From Botryllus schlosseri (lineage: Eukaryota), in assembly GCA_051294905.1 (NCBI GenBank), contig CM119371.1, forward strand, positions 17,858,001 through 17,922,000: DNA of 64,000 bases. Direction: 5' to 3'. This document shows, one piece after another, positions 25,060 through 37,214 of the stretch; position 1 is the stretch's first letter; each line of letters starts with the position of its first letter. The position numbers and the translations under genes were made by a program. Below the pieces are notes generated by a model, which was not told the origin of the DNA, searched no databases, and saw nothing but the letters and a program-made list of their open reading frames with translations.

Positions 25060-27685
25060 CCCAGTAAACACAGTACAGACCAAAGATGTAGAAAGCCGAG
25101 CCCGATATAGTAGATATTAGATCTCGGCAGGTCGTAGAAAGGGGGATTTTGTGTCGACTCAATTCAATGTCTTTTCCATGTCCTTCAATAATGTAAATAT
25201 TATGCAGATGCTACAGCCTTTAAACATGGTGAGAAGAATGTAGATCCTACATTAAAAGAACATCCTGATATAATAACCTGTTTTCTACCACTGGGCATAA
25301 CCTGATCACGGCTGCGTACACACACACACACCACATTATCTACTACATATTAATCACATTTGCGGTAATTTAATTCAAAACCAATTGGCAAGTAAATAAT
25401 GCCGGTGTAAAAATGAAACGAACGAAATTACTTGTAGGGCCAAGTAGCAATGAATGAAACTATGAGAACAGTCAGTAATCAGAAGGTTTCATTGTCTGAT
25501 GATGATAATCCCTCTGGCGTTTTCTTTTCAACACCCTGTAGAAATAAAATGAAAATGACGATTATTAGCTAAGACATTCGTACTGCGAAAATGGCAGAGG
25601 TAGCGAGTAACGAATGACTCCTACATTTTTTTCACCCATACTTACTAAAATGGATTTGATTCTGGACTATTTCCACTCAAGTTTTCAAGTTTTTATTATT
25701 ATATTTTTTATTATTATATGACTAGAGAACTGACTTCAATCGCCACTTCTACTTGATTATCAAGATCAACGATGACTACTTCAGCAATCTTTGAAAACAG
25801 CCACTAACACAAAAAGAATTCTTGACTAAAATTTCTTCACATTCTGTCAAAAATGATCAATTCAACAATCCAAATGAATCAGTTATTTGGCAGCTAGTTG
25901 GAGAGATATATACTCAAGTCTAGAAAGTGGAATGATACTCTGCCTGGAAAGCTGAAGACCTAACAATATTGTGTACAGAGAACAAAACATTTGAGTGGCG
26001 GCACTGGTATAGACGTTAACAAATTATTAGAATTGACAGTAAGATAACCAGCAAGACATTAAAATGAGAATTAGTGCAGTTTCTTAGGCTGTAGTGATAC
26101 TCAGCCAGTAATTGACCTAGCAGAGAGCAAAACGTTGTAAAAAAGCGAGCGAAACCTCCGACAAATGATACGATAAAACATTAGAATCGACAGTCTTACT
26201 AGAAGCAGAATAACAATCATGAGGGGTTAGAGAACAGAAGCCCGGGAAGTGACCATCAGAAATTACTGCATACTGGCCGAACAAATCCATGACCACTAAC
26301 AAATGGTCTTTTAATAGTCAATATTGATACCAAATGACACCACCCCTATTTCACCGCAACATTTAGCAAATACAGCGCTGGCGTCAACCTTATAAAGCGC
26401 TAACCAAACGCCCATTAGTTTTCCCACCTACTACTTCGCGCTTCGCGGATGGAAATACGCATTAAAGCGAATGGACGCGAATTGTCACACTCTTGCTATT
26501 TCTGCTCCCTTTTTCTCTTCCTTCCTCTTGAGGAGAGAAACAGTCGACCGCGTTTACGGATCGTGAATTCCCGGCTTAAGGGTGATTCTTCCCCCAATGA
26601 TCAGCACCTTGAAAATTGAGAACAATGTTGTTGCAAAATGCATGACAATTTGAAAGTTACATCATTCTAATTATTCCAGTTATGGCCGTGAATCGTTGCA
26701 AGTGCGGTAACCATAAGAATTATTACTATACTTCAACTACAAATACAATATATTGTATAAAATAATTACTAATTCTTTTACGTTGATCGAGTTCCAAATG
26801 GATGAAATATGTCAAAGAATTTGCTAAATTTTTTTGTATAATTTGACAGATTCCGAAATCTTCTCAAAGTGCACCTTTCAAAATTTTGATATCAAGACTC
26901 CCAACATTTTACAATTCGAAGTTGGATGGCTTGACCAATACAAGCGAACAGTTTGTATCGCAATTGACGATTATGTAGAGAACGTTGCGAGACATGTGAG
27001 TAGGCCTACCCTAAAACGTTTCTCTGACATGGACATTAGGGCTCTTAAAAAATGACTTTTTGTTCTCAAATCGTTCTTGCTACTTGATAAAATTGTTAGG
27101 TCACCTAATTCAAGCCTACACACTAAATTTGGTTCAATTCCAACCAGTAGCCGCATTGCTACAGGAAAAGAAAGTTTCTATTTATTATATAAAAATAAAT
27201 GGAAAAAATTTGAAAATTTTCTGTTCACCCCATGAAAGTGTTAGGTTATGTATAGAAACGATGTTCATCAAATTTGGTTCGATTCAAACAAGTGGAAGCG
27301 GAGTTATTGCCATCGAAAAATTCGGATTTTAATAAAATAGTATTTACGGTGGCACCACTATAATAAATAATTAAATAATTGTGTCACGCTGTCATACTGT
27401 TTTACGCAACCGTTGTTATGCACTGCATTGTTGCTGTGTTCTGGCTCCATTGATGGTATTTCTAAATTCGACATTAATGCGTCATAATTCTCCATCTGGT
27501 TTTGAATTCAACTCTGTTTTGCTTCCTTTATAGTGCCGGTAGCTCTTTAATAGGCACGCGAAAAGTTCTTCGGGTTTCAATAACGTTTATCATGAAGGTA
27601 CTTTTAAAGCAGTATTAAAATTTTGTACCACCAACCAGTTATTTAATTACTATTTATCTTCAAAGTAAATGCTCATTTCATGAAG

Positions 27686-28173
27686 CAGGGTTGTAAGACT
27701 CGAGTCAGGATTTTCTGTTGACTCGACTTGACTCAGGTCATCTTCTCAAAAGTACGGAAATGACTCGACTCATTGCGCATGACTTGAGACTCCGACGGCC
27801 AAGACCGACATTTCATTATTATTTCAAAGAATAGTACAGCAAATCGCTATTGGGATTTCGTCTATTGATACTGGTATTTGAAAATGCGGCCAGAAACTGC
27901 TAAAAGTAAGGAAAATTCGTATATTATAAATGCGACCCACTCGATATCACAAAAAATATATAAAAAGTTGGTTTAACAAGACTTAAATTGGAAACTGAGC
28001 AGCTAACACAATGACTCTGGCTCGAGTCATAATACCATAACTCGGACTCGGCCCTCTGCTCGCTGACTTGGACTCGGACTTGACTCGGTGGTGAATTGAA
28101 AATGACTCGAGTCAAAACTATAAAAGTGAGATCGACTTGCGACTCGGAGCCTTGTGACTTGGTTACAACCCTG
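27686..28173. mobile_element. hAT MITE with GACTC/GAGTC repeats
   Basis: cagggttgtaa / ttacaaccctg TIRs; TSD tcatgaag/gcatgaag. Confidence 0.85.
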
Positions 28174-28257
28174 GCATGAAGCCTCAATAGTTACAAGAGT
28201 GGGGTGACTAGACAAAGAACACAGTGACATTTGCAGCATATCATGAATGTCTCTTAC

Positions 28258-28740
28258 TATATGTGATCTTGTTCAAATGGAGGTTGATGAAAGCGTATTT
28301 CCCATTCTTTCCGACTCTGCTATAATTTCACCAGACTGGCAACCTTCTTCATGATGCTTTTTGCTGACTGACCAATATTGTCGCCGCCAACGGTACGAGT
28401 GCAAATGTCTGATATGTCAATATAGGAACAGAATTAGTTGACTGTTCATGACCGAGCACGTTCAGAGTTGCATCTCAAAGATGCTAAAATAAGCCTAAAT
28501 ATAATCCAAGCAATACGATCGTCCACTTTGACTGACTGAATTTCTAAAAACAAATAAACATAACACCTTGATAGCTTCCACATCTTACGTTTATATATAC
28601 CGTCTGCTATCGGCAAGCATTTGAAAATAACAAAACAGATTCAACATACCACATCTCTTGCAAAGGCTTTCATTCAATATGTCATCAAACTTCTTTAAAT
28701 CCTCCTTTGTGGTGAGTGGCTTCGTTTTATCATATACAAT
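28258..28740 (-). pseudogene. Two spliced exons of a DUF4806-like transposon accessory gene (28740-28650, 28408-28258), frameshifted
   Basis: IVYDKTKPLTTKEDLKKFDDILNE... joined to ...TVGGDNIGQSAKSIMKKVA / NYSRVGKNGKYAFINLHLNKI. Canonical GT-AG with matching phase. Family assignment is from recalled motif pattern. Confidence 0.6.
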
Positions 28741-28849
28741 CTATGGCGGAATAAAAGTTTCGGATAAGTTCTAAAACGAACACAATTTTCCACACAAAAG
28801 TCAATTGCCACACGAAATGCCAAATGCTACGGTCCCATTTTACAAGGTA

Positions 28850-29045
28850 TCGCGAGGTAACGTAGTGGTACCCTCCATTATAGCTAAACACCAATGAATT
28901 GCGGGTTCGAGCCTGACACGTCGACTCCATAATTCCTACCGAAGTGTTGGCCGTTTATCTAGGCTCCTCCTCGCCATCTGATCCGCATAGCCATGTCTTA
29001 AAAAGCCTAGGAGTGGGCCGTGCTATAAGTGGGCAGATGGTTGCC
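28850..29045 (+). mobile_element. tRNA-derived SINE family 1
   Basis: B box gggttcgagcc and shared body. Confidence 0.8.
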
Positions 29046-29154
29046 GATGAACTCGGCACTTGGTGAATTCGGCCCTCGGGAAATTTTGTATTGAAGTGTA
29101 TTAACAGCTATTAATATGAATTATTAAACAAATAATAGTATTATCAAGTGATTC

Positions 29155-29764
29155 GTCAATCTTGTAAGGAGGTCAGGGCATCCGTAGATCACGCGGTCAC
29201 GACGTGATTAGATCACGGATTGCGTAGCCGCGGGAAATAACGCAGCGCTCATATACCGACCACGCGCGGTCTGCTTGGAATCGATGGCGTGAGTGACGGG
29301 CCTGTGTCGTGTAAGTTTTGAGAAGATGGATCTTGGCGTTGTATGTGAGATCGAAAATGTGGAAGATAAAGCGGCGCTTCTTCGTTTATCGATCAAGACA
29401 AGCCAGTGTTCCTCATCAACAAATGTTTCGCATGATCACGTCAAAATAAATTATTTTTTGCCTTTGGAGAGACGATTCCACTCTGGGGTTAGGGTGTCTC
29501 GATAACAGGGTTGAAGGATCCCAAGATTACGAGATCTACCGCGAGCCACGACACGTTTAAATTTCCTTTTTGATAGGCCTACTGTTAGTGTTCATTCATA
29601 TCAAATGCATTTCTAATGCGAAGGTGTTCTAGTGCCAATTCCACCAAGGGCCGAGTTCACCAAGTGAAGAGCGTCGCGTTATTTCCCGCGATTACGCAAT
29701 CTGTGATCTAATCATGCCGTGACTGTGTGATCTACGCATGCCCTGACCCCCGTACAACATTGAC
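29155..29764. mobile_element. Foldback-type element with about 95-bp imperfect inverted arms
   Basis: 29155-29250 is the approximate reverse complement of 29668-29764. Confidence 0.75.
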
Positions 29765-31422
29765 AACCACTCAAAGTGCCAAGTTCACCGGTAAACATTC
29801 CAGTAACCAATCATGGCGACCGGTACCGCTACCAGATCTACCACGGCCGAATTCACCAAGTGCCGAGTTTGTGCGGCCGAATTCACTAAGTGCCGAGTTC
29901 ACTGGTAATCGGGCGGATACGGAATGATAATAATAAGAACCGGCCTGGTGTAAAATGACCAGTGTAGTCGAACCACCACCATGAACACCACAAACAAACA
30001 AACAAACATCTAACATGGAAAAGAAATTACCTTTACAGCCTTTGACAAACACAGTTACCATATAAATCAGCAATTTAGGTCTTATTCGAAAGCAGAATAA
30101 CAACTGTTTTAGCGGACATATCAAATCAAATGTTGGAAAGTTCATGTAAATTAGCATAAAATATTATCTTACTGTGACCATATTCTATCAATATGGTCTG
30201 GCTAGCCAAATTCTCTGGGCCAACATAAACAAGCTGCGTTTGGTTTCAACGATTAATAATCTTGTCACTGGATTCGAGGCATAATGGCACTCAAATATCA
30301 AATTTTGCTTCATTAATCAACATCAAGTTGAAAATGTCCATTCTTGCACCAACTTTTATAAAATCACGAATCAGTGTTCTACAGGTATGTATCTATAAGA
30401 CTTATATACCTAGAAAATTCAAGCATAAATATTATGATATACCGTAGGTATAGATACCGGTAATTCAGATGTTTGAAGCGACTTTGACAACTAGATAATT
30501 ATAGTGGTCTAATTTCACTAAATTAGAGCCAAATGCCAGCAATATAATTGTAATCTAATTCGGAAAAAACGGTTTAGCTCTAATTCTAGCCTGGAAAAGC
30601 TGAAACTTTTCTATAGTTGTCTACACCTGTTTTGCAGAAAGTCAAACAGCTCTAGGCGTCATATACTACAGGCAATTCGAAATACCCCATAAGCTATATG
30701 CTACTGCGTATATACCTTTAACCCGCTACCTCAGTCAGTCACAATTCCTATATATTTACCATACAGAAAGAGCGAACTATGCCTGGCTGCGACCTGTTGC
30801 GCGTCAAATCTTCGTCCTGCGCGATGACGTAAAATTTGAATCGCCGAAATATTCTAGAAGTCACGCATGGATAATCATATTCCTAAACGTCCAACATCTC
30901 ACTTATTTAGTTATTCTCTGAATAAAACTATTAGCCATACTCGTTGAACATGCGAGATTACCGAAAGAGCGAATATATATATAATGAAGATCATATATAT
31001 CAGAAGAAAACAAAACTGTTCGACCTTAGAGCAACAACACGAATATACAACACCGGTGACATCCTCACGTAATAAAACGAAGGGAGAACATTGTTTTCTA
31101 ATGGATAGAACGAAGCTACCGCATGAGATCGAACAAAACCGGATGGGAATTCATCGTGATTGAATGTACCGACAAAGTCATCCTTTCTACGTATTTTAGT
31201 CATACCAGCGAGAGATAGAAAATTTGCATTATTAGGTTAACTACCGGATATAACGAAGCCTAATGCATGAGATGGAACAACACCGAGTATGAATTTATTC
31301 TGATTGAATATAACCACACGACCATCCTACTACGTATTTTAGACATTCCCTCGACACTTAGAAAATCAGAACCTAATCGAGATGATCCCGGATGATCCTT
31401 TTACGGTTTTGTGTTTGCTGGG

Positions 31423-31458
31423 ATCCCCCACATTCTCTGGGCAGATCGACCTCTGGAT
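31423..31458 (-). pseudogene. GT10 fucosyltransferase copy 1, 5' half of the interrupted exon (PEVDLPRECGG)
   Basis: cattag acceptor. Removing 25060-31422 and one AT copy gives an open 62-nt exon PEVDLPRECGGCLVRNADKW. Confidence 0.75.
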
Positions 31459-31749
31459 CTAATGAATACCATGCAAGTATTATCTAAATAGAGTTCAAAA
31501 TGTATTAGAAGTTTCCACTTTCCTATACCTATATGCTTCCTAGTAATTGTAGCCAGTCATGATCCATTGATGTAGAATTTTATACGAGCCTATAGAAGTA
31601 AAATATGCGTCATTCGTTAATGAGCATGCAGAGATGTGGCAATACTGACACCAGGATTGACTTGACTGCTGCTCTTTTAGATTAATTAGGTCTACTGTTA
31701 CATCTTATAATGCCTACTAACGTTGGTTTGAATATGTGAGATTGGTTAG

Positions 31750-32725
31750 TAGGGATGGTGTGAACCTCTGAAAGGTTCAGGTTCGTGTGAACGCGAACCT
31801 TTTTGAAAGGTTCTGTGTGAACACGAACGTGAACCTCATGACGTCACGTGACGTCATATTGCTAATTCCAACCCTATCTTTCAATGAAGTGATAGCCCAT
31901 CTTAATTTACACGATAGCTAGCGACGACTCGGGCCACATGAAAGTTCATGTTGGCGTTTTAAACGTCGCTAAATTTATCAACTAAAGCAATCAAAGGATA
32001 TAATACTCCTATAAAATCAATATCTTCCGTCACTTTTCCAACAATTTCGACGAGGACTTACCAGGGAATATAAGCTTACGCCTTAACGGTCTAGGCCTGA
32101 CCGGACAATGTATTCGGCGTCCTAGTATAGCTACATTGATATTGAGCAGAGTGTCAAACGGGTTTCGATACTTGCTACCGATATTACGCCATTAACAAGT
32201 TATGCAGCAGTAGCCAACACCTCAATCGCAAGGATTTGGTTTTAATGGTGCAGTAAAGATATGAAGTCAAGATTGACCCCCTACGCCAGCTAGATTTTTT
32301 GCACCAGAAAACGTTATCAATCACATTGATTGATAGAATAAGCACGATTCGCTGACTACGTATTTCGCTCGTGATGTTGTGTGATTGCGGGTCAAACTCA
32401 CAGCAGAGAGTCACTAAATATTCACAAACGAAAAGCTGGATATTTCGAGCAAACTTTTGTAACAAAGCAAGTAAAACTTTTGAGTTTGTCAAGGTGCATG
32501 CTCGTTCAGTGTTAAATATTAATCCTGCCAGAGCCATACATAGACGGCTCGCAGTTGAAATACAATAAATATGAACCAAAGATGCTATAATGAAGTGAAA
32601 ATTGTAATATATGAAAAAGGTTCACAGTGCAGAACCTACCAAGGTTCTGTTGTGAACGCGAACCTCTAAATTTCCGAGGTTCACACACAGAACGCGAACG
32701 TGAACCTCACGTTCACACCATCCTA
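31750..32725. mobile_element. hAT MITE, tagggatggtgtgaac family
   Basis: TIRs, GTGAAC repeats, TSD ttggttag/ttggttac. Relatives at 35772-37214, about 4728 and about 38895. Confidence 0.85.
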
Positions 32726-33124
32726 TTGGTTACTAAACCTGGAAATCGGTTTCAGCAACAACATGCAAATATAAATCAGTGATTCCGAATCGTTCTCGCT
32801 TTAACGAACCATAGTTGGCTGCGAGTCTCAAAATTTATATGAAGACCGAAGAAAAATATTTAGGGTTACCATACGTCCTCTTTTAAGAGGATTTGTCCAG
32901 TCTTTTTTGACTTTTTTAAAAGTGTCCTCGAGGGACGCTTAAATGTTCTCTTTTTGAGAATTCTGGTGGCATATAGGGTAATATTCGACTGAGATACAGT
33001 AAATCAGCTCTGAAGTAACGCTCGGGCGGCAATTTCGGGAGCTGGGGCGGAAAGTTGACTTCTTTTTAGTCAACCGACCAGGAAGTGCAGAAAAGTTCCC
33101 ATTTTGTCAGGATTTCTCTCAGGT

Positions 33125-33578
33125 TGTTTGCGATTGCGCATGTTCTTTTCTATCCTTCATTTGAGGTCGGTTTTAGAGGAATCAGTTAGTCTTTCAACTG
33201 TCCTTATTTGTATTCCATGTTTCTACTAATTGTATTTGTGAGATTTTAGTGATTTGATTGTTTGATTACTGTTTTAAACTGTCTTTTTTCGCCAGTATAA
33301 ATTGCCCTCGCTACCGTTGTCTCGTCCTCCTTTCCATCGAGCAACGGACGAGCAAGCACTATTGCGAATCTCGCTTGCATCAGCATTTTTGTACTTCTAA
33401 CAACGGAATCTCAAGTCTACATTTTTCTTCGACTGGGGTCATTTGGTTGGATTAAATAGAATACAAGACTGATACGCAAGGTTTGCCTATAGTCCACGGT
33501 AGCAGATTTCAGTGCAGCAGACAGGATTCGACGCCTGGTAAATCGGCAATCATTAGATTGGAGTGTCGCGTCGAAACA
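33125..33578. mobile_element. Probable solo LTR (BEL/Pao-like) inserted in a MITE
   Basis: TGTTT...AAACA termini, near-TSD caggt/cgggt; interrupts a MITE that is contiguous in its sister copies. Confidence 0.6.
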
Positions 33579-34383
33579 CGGGTATTGCAAGTCTGGAAAT
33601 TTTTAAAAAGTGTGCTTTTTTCAGGTTTCCAAAATATGGTAACCCTACGAATATGCCTCGCGTCGATATTTTTATAACAAGCTGGCACCGTATCCTGCGA
33701 CCAAATCCCTTTTTGCGTTCAATTCTAGCGAATGAACAACGTAATTCGCCTTTAGCCCGTCTACTTCGCCTTGTTGAGCATAATTAATCAGTCTACCAAC
33801 ACGACGCTAGAATGTAATTTCGCAATAAGGGTCCAAACAAAATCAGGGTCTGAAGAGTCAGTCATGAAATCGTATGGTTTCATCAATACAGGGTGAATAT
33901 GCTAAATCACCGGCGCTCCAAACTAGCTTCCAAATGCACGACAGGACTTGTATCGTTGATTTGAATTATGACATAATACTGGTGAAAAGAATTCTCAGAA
34001 CCTGACACAGGATTGTATTGCAGCGGCAAGGTAAAATGGCGTCAAATTGACTTTCTGATTTCATTTGTAATAACTGTTCGATAAGTGCGAGGCACGAGGA
34101 TAGTAGTAAATGCCATTATTACAGATTCACATTTGCAAGCTACTGTAACGCAAATATTTGCCCCTTCCAGGGTCGTTAAAGTATGGACCGCAAAGGGTAT
34201 AATTTTAGGTCGAAACGGTGCCAGAGCTATCAGTTGATATGTATGTAATATCTGTTGAATTTATTGCAGAAAATCCTGCAGTAGTTTTTTCAAATCTAAG
34301 GTCACTGTGTTGGGTACTATAGCCAATAAGCGAGACACACAGAAAATATGGCTTTATCATGAGAATTCATGATATTGATAAGA

Positions 34384-34838
34384 TTTGTCCGACTGTTTTT
34401 TTCTGGAAAACATGGTCGAAGACCATTGGGATGAACTAGTCTAGGGACTAGGGATGTGCAACGAGCGTGTTCAGGTCTATGAGACTCATCCATTTCGAGG
34501 CCAGCCCCTTTTTCGTCGGCTCAAATGAACACGTAAAGTTTTGGCCAACAAACTGCTGATAAAATGCGGTGCCAAAACATAAGCGTCGACAAAACCTTGG
34601 TCAGAAAATGACAGATGCTGGATGGCCATCGCATGGATATGCTCCGTTGTCGGGACGGAATAGTCCCGTTCTTGCAATCTGAGTCGACAGTAGTACAACT
34701 GCGACACGCAGGGGAATTTAATTCACTTTAATTTGAAATCGCGTGCGCCAGACATATGTTGTAAACCTATGTTGAATAAAATTGTGGGTGCGCGTTCTGT
34801 ATGTCATACATATCCGTAAAATCGTAGCAGACTACTGT
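34384..34838 (+). repeat. Diverged third copy of the unclassified interspersed repeat also at about 7015-7462 and 49891-57600
   Basis: Shared blocks ttgtccgactgttt, gaagacc.ttgggatg, tttcgaggccagccc, gtcata.at..ccgt.aaat.gtagca. Confidence 0.65.
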
Positions 34839-34869
34839 AGTATTAAAGAGCTTCTTGGAGGTACAGAAC

Positions 34870-35601
34870 TTCAATATACAATTAAATAGTATATTCATAT
34901 TGAAATGAACCCGAATATTTTCGGCTGACACTCGTCAGGGGTAATCGTCAGCAACTAGTAGAGAATTAGAAAGAACATTGTATATCAACAATCGTATCAC
35001 AAAATATGACGTCACCAGCATGAAATTTCGAATGAGAGAACGTTCAATGTACTATTTTTAGGTGATACACGAACTCCTTTTGTTGACAGAGTTTTTTTTG
35101 GTTGGTGTATTTTGATAAAAGTTGATTCCAAGGCACACAAATGGAATTGTGAACGACCTCGACCTACGATTCGAAATCGGTCGTCTCGATAATTATTCGC
35201 ACAAATCGGATTATCCAACAGATGTTTGCCGATGGCAGAATTAATGGCCTTTGATCGATCAGCATCAATCTTAAGTGGATGAGTTAAGGGTGAGCTTTTC
35301 ACATCGCGTCCACCGCACGAACAATAAAAGATGTTTATATCCATCTACCTTGGATTGGCCCCATTTCCACCCGCTTTGAAAAACAATTGATTTCTGCTGT
35401 CGGTAAATGTTACGATACAGTCAAAACCAATGTGATTTTTACAACAACACAACTGCTCCCTTCAACACGCAAAGACGTGCTTCCTGCACTTCAACAAAGT
35501 AATGTAGTGTACGAATATAGGTGCCACTGTGATTGTGGCTACGTGGGAAGAACGTCAAGACATCTGCAGGACCGCATAAACCAACATGTCCCCAGATTTA
35601 T
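34870..35601 (-). mobile_element. Penelope-like retroelement fragment (GIY-YIG region plus 3' end) with inverted 5' part
   Basis: Plus strand 35342-35601: HLPWIGPISTRFEKQ...SNVVYEYRCHCDCGYVGRTSRHLQDRINQHVP. Minus strand below about 35340: SAIGKHLLDN...LCALESTFIKIHQP. cagaac on both flanks. Confidence 0.88.
34909..34942 (-). ncRNA. Minimal type I hammerhead ribozyme motif in the Penelope 3' region
   Basis: ACCC-CUGACGA-GUGUCAGCC-GAAA-AUAU-UC-GGGU: stem I ACCC/GGGU, complete core, palindromic AAUAUU stem III; stem II is weak. Confidence 0.7.
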
Positions 35602-35771
35602 CAGAACACGTGCGTCACGCGACGCAATTTGTTGCACATCTGAACAAATGAATGTTTTATTTTCATCTCTTTTTGTATAACAATTTTCGGTTAGTTTGTG
35701 CGAATGAAATTTAATTTTAGAAAAAAGTGCGAATGAAGCTCAAAGAGGTTGAAAAGCACTTCTATACAGTA

Positions 35772-37214
35772 TAGGGATGGTGCGAACCCATGAAAGCTTC
35801 AGGTTCGTGTGGACGCGAACGTGAAACTTGTGACGTCACGTGACATCAGGTTGGTAATTCCAACCCTTATATATATCAGTGAACCGATATATAAATGTAC
35901 GTACCCGATACCTAGCGACGACTCAGGCTACATTATGCCACAATACTCGAGTACATGCTGACTTTTTAAAAGTCACAAAATGTATCAACTGAAGCAATCA
36001 AAAGCTATAATATTCCTATAAAATCAATCGCTCAATCAATCAATCCGTCGCTTTGCCCACAATTTCGAAGAGGATTTGCAAAGGAATATAAGCTTACGCC
36101 TTAACGTTCGAGGCCAGACAGGACAATGTGCTCGGCGTCTGACTATTGCGACATTGATATTGAGCTGAGTGTAAAACTGGTTTTGATACCGATATTATCC
36201 AATAAAGAAGTTATACAGTAGCCAACACCAACACCCCAATCACGCAGCTTTGTTTTTATGATGCTATAAACAAGGGCTGGCCAACCTTTTCAACCAAAGG
36301 GCCACATTCGATTAACGAAATATTGCGCGGGTCACTAGCCGCGCGAAGCGCGAACATTTTTTGAAGTTCAAAGGTCAATAATATTGTCACTTGACTATAT
36401 TGCGGGTATGTTGTATATCGCTGGGACAAGTTTGCGAGGACTGGGCTATTCGGCGCATGGACATATCGATATCGAAAGCTGCGACCAACATGCGTCAATC
36501 ATTTCGTGCCTAGGTTTCATAGTCGACTGTCTTACTACGGCCGCAAACGCAATGTCGCATGTTGAACGACACTTTGTCTCGTAATCGCGAATATAGTTCG
36601 ACTCAATCTGATACATTAGGTATTCTTCCATTTTCACAAAGGGGCAACAATATTAAAAACAAGAAATCGAGTGACAACATGTTGCTCCAAGCTTGTTAAA
36701 ATCTTTTTTAACTTTGATGAATCTATCGCAATTTATTCTGCTTTATTGTAGTGTACGAAGATGTACCAATATGTGAACGGCTGATGGATCTGTGAATGGC
36801 TGATGGATCTGTGAATGCGTCGGAACTGATATTTTAGTCATCACATCTCAAGTGTTGCGGCCAGACTAATCAAACTTTTGGTTCGCCTTGCAAGTTCACA
36901 ATCTGTGCAATCCATTTGTGATGAAATTAGAAATTTCGGAAATTACTCGCGGGCCACTCAAAACCTCCTCGCGGACCACATGTGGCCCGCGGGCCACGGG
37001 TTGGCCGGCCCTGCTATAAACATATGAAATAAAGATGGATCCCGTACGCCTGCTGGGTTTTTACATATTAGACAACAACGCCAAAGATACGGAAATGGTA
37101 GAAAAAGGTACACAGTCGAGAACCTACCAAGGTACGATTGTGCACGTGAGCCTATAAATTTCTGAGGTTCACACACAGAACGCGAACTTGAACCTCACCT
37201 TCACAACATCCCTA
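35772..37214. mobile_element. hAT MITE (tagggatgg family) containing a nested MITE at 36272-37013
   Basis: Similar throughout to 31750-32725. The inner element has gggctggccaacc / ggttggccggccctg ends and a perfect TSD ctataaac. Confidence 0.85.

Larger units (their letters stand above)
25060..31422. mobile_element. EnSpm/CACTA(CMC)-like DNA transposon, non-autonomous, inserted in a fucosyltransferase exon
   Basis: Termini cccagtaaacaca / tgtgtttgctggg (12 of 13 match) and 2-bp TSD AT. Removal restores the host exon. Carries a DUF4806-like relic and subterminal direct repeats. Confidence 0.78.

Noticed and set aside
26577..27362. Possible TTAA-flanked (Kolobok/piggyBac) element
   Set aside because: Looks like a repeat internally, but I could not match the two termini or a TSD.
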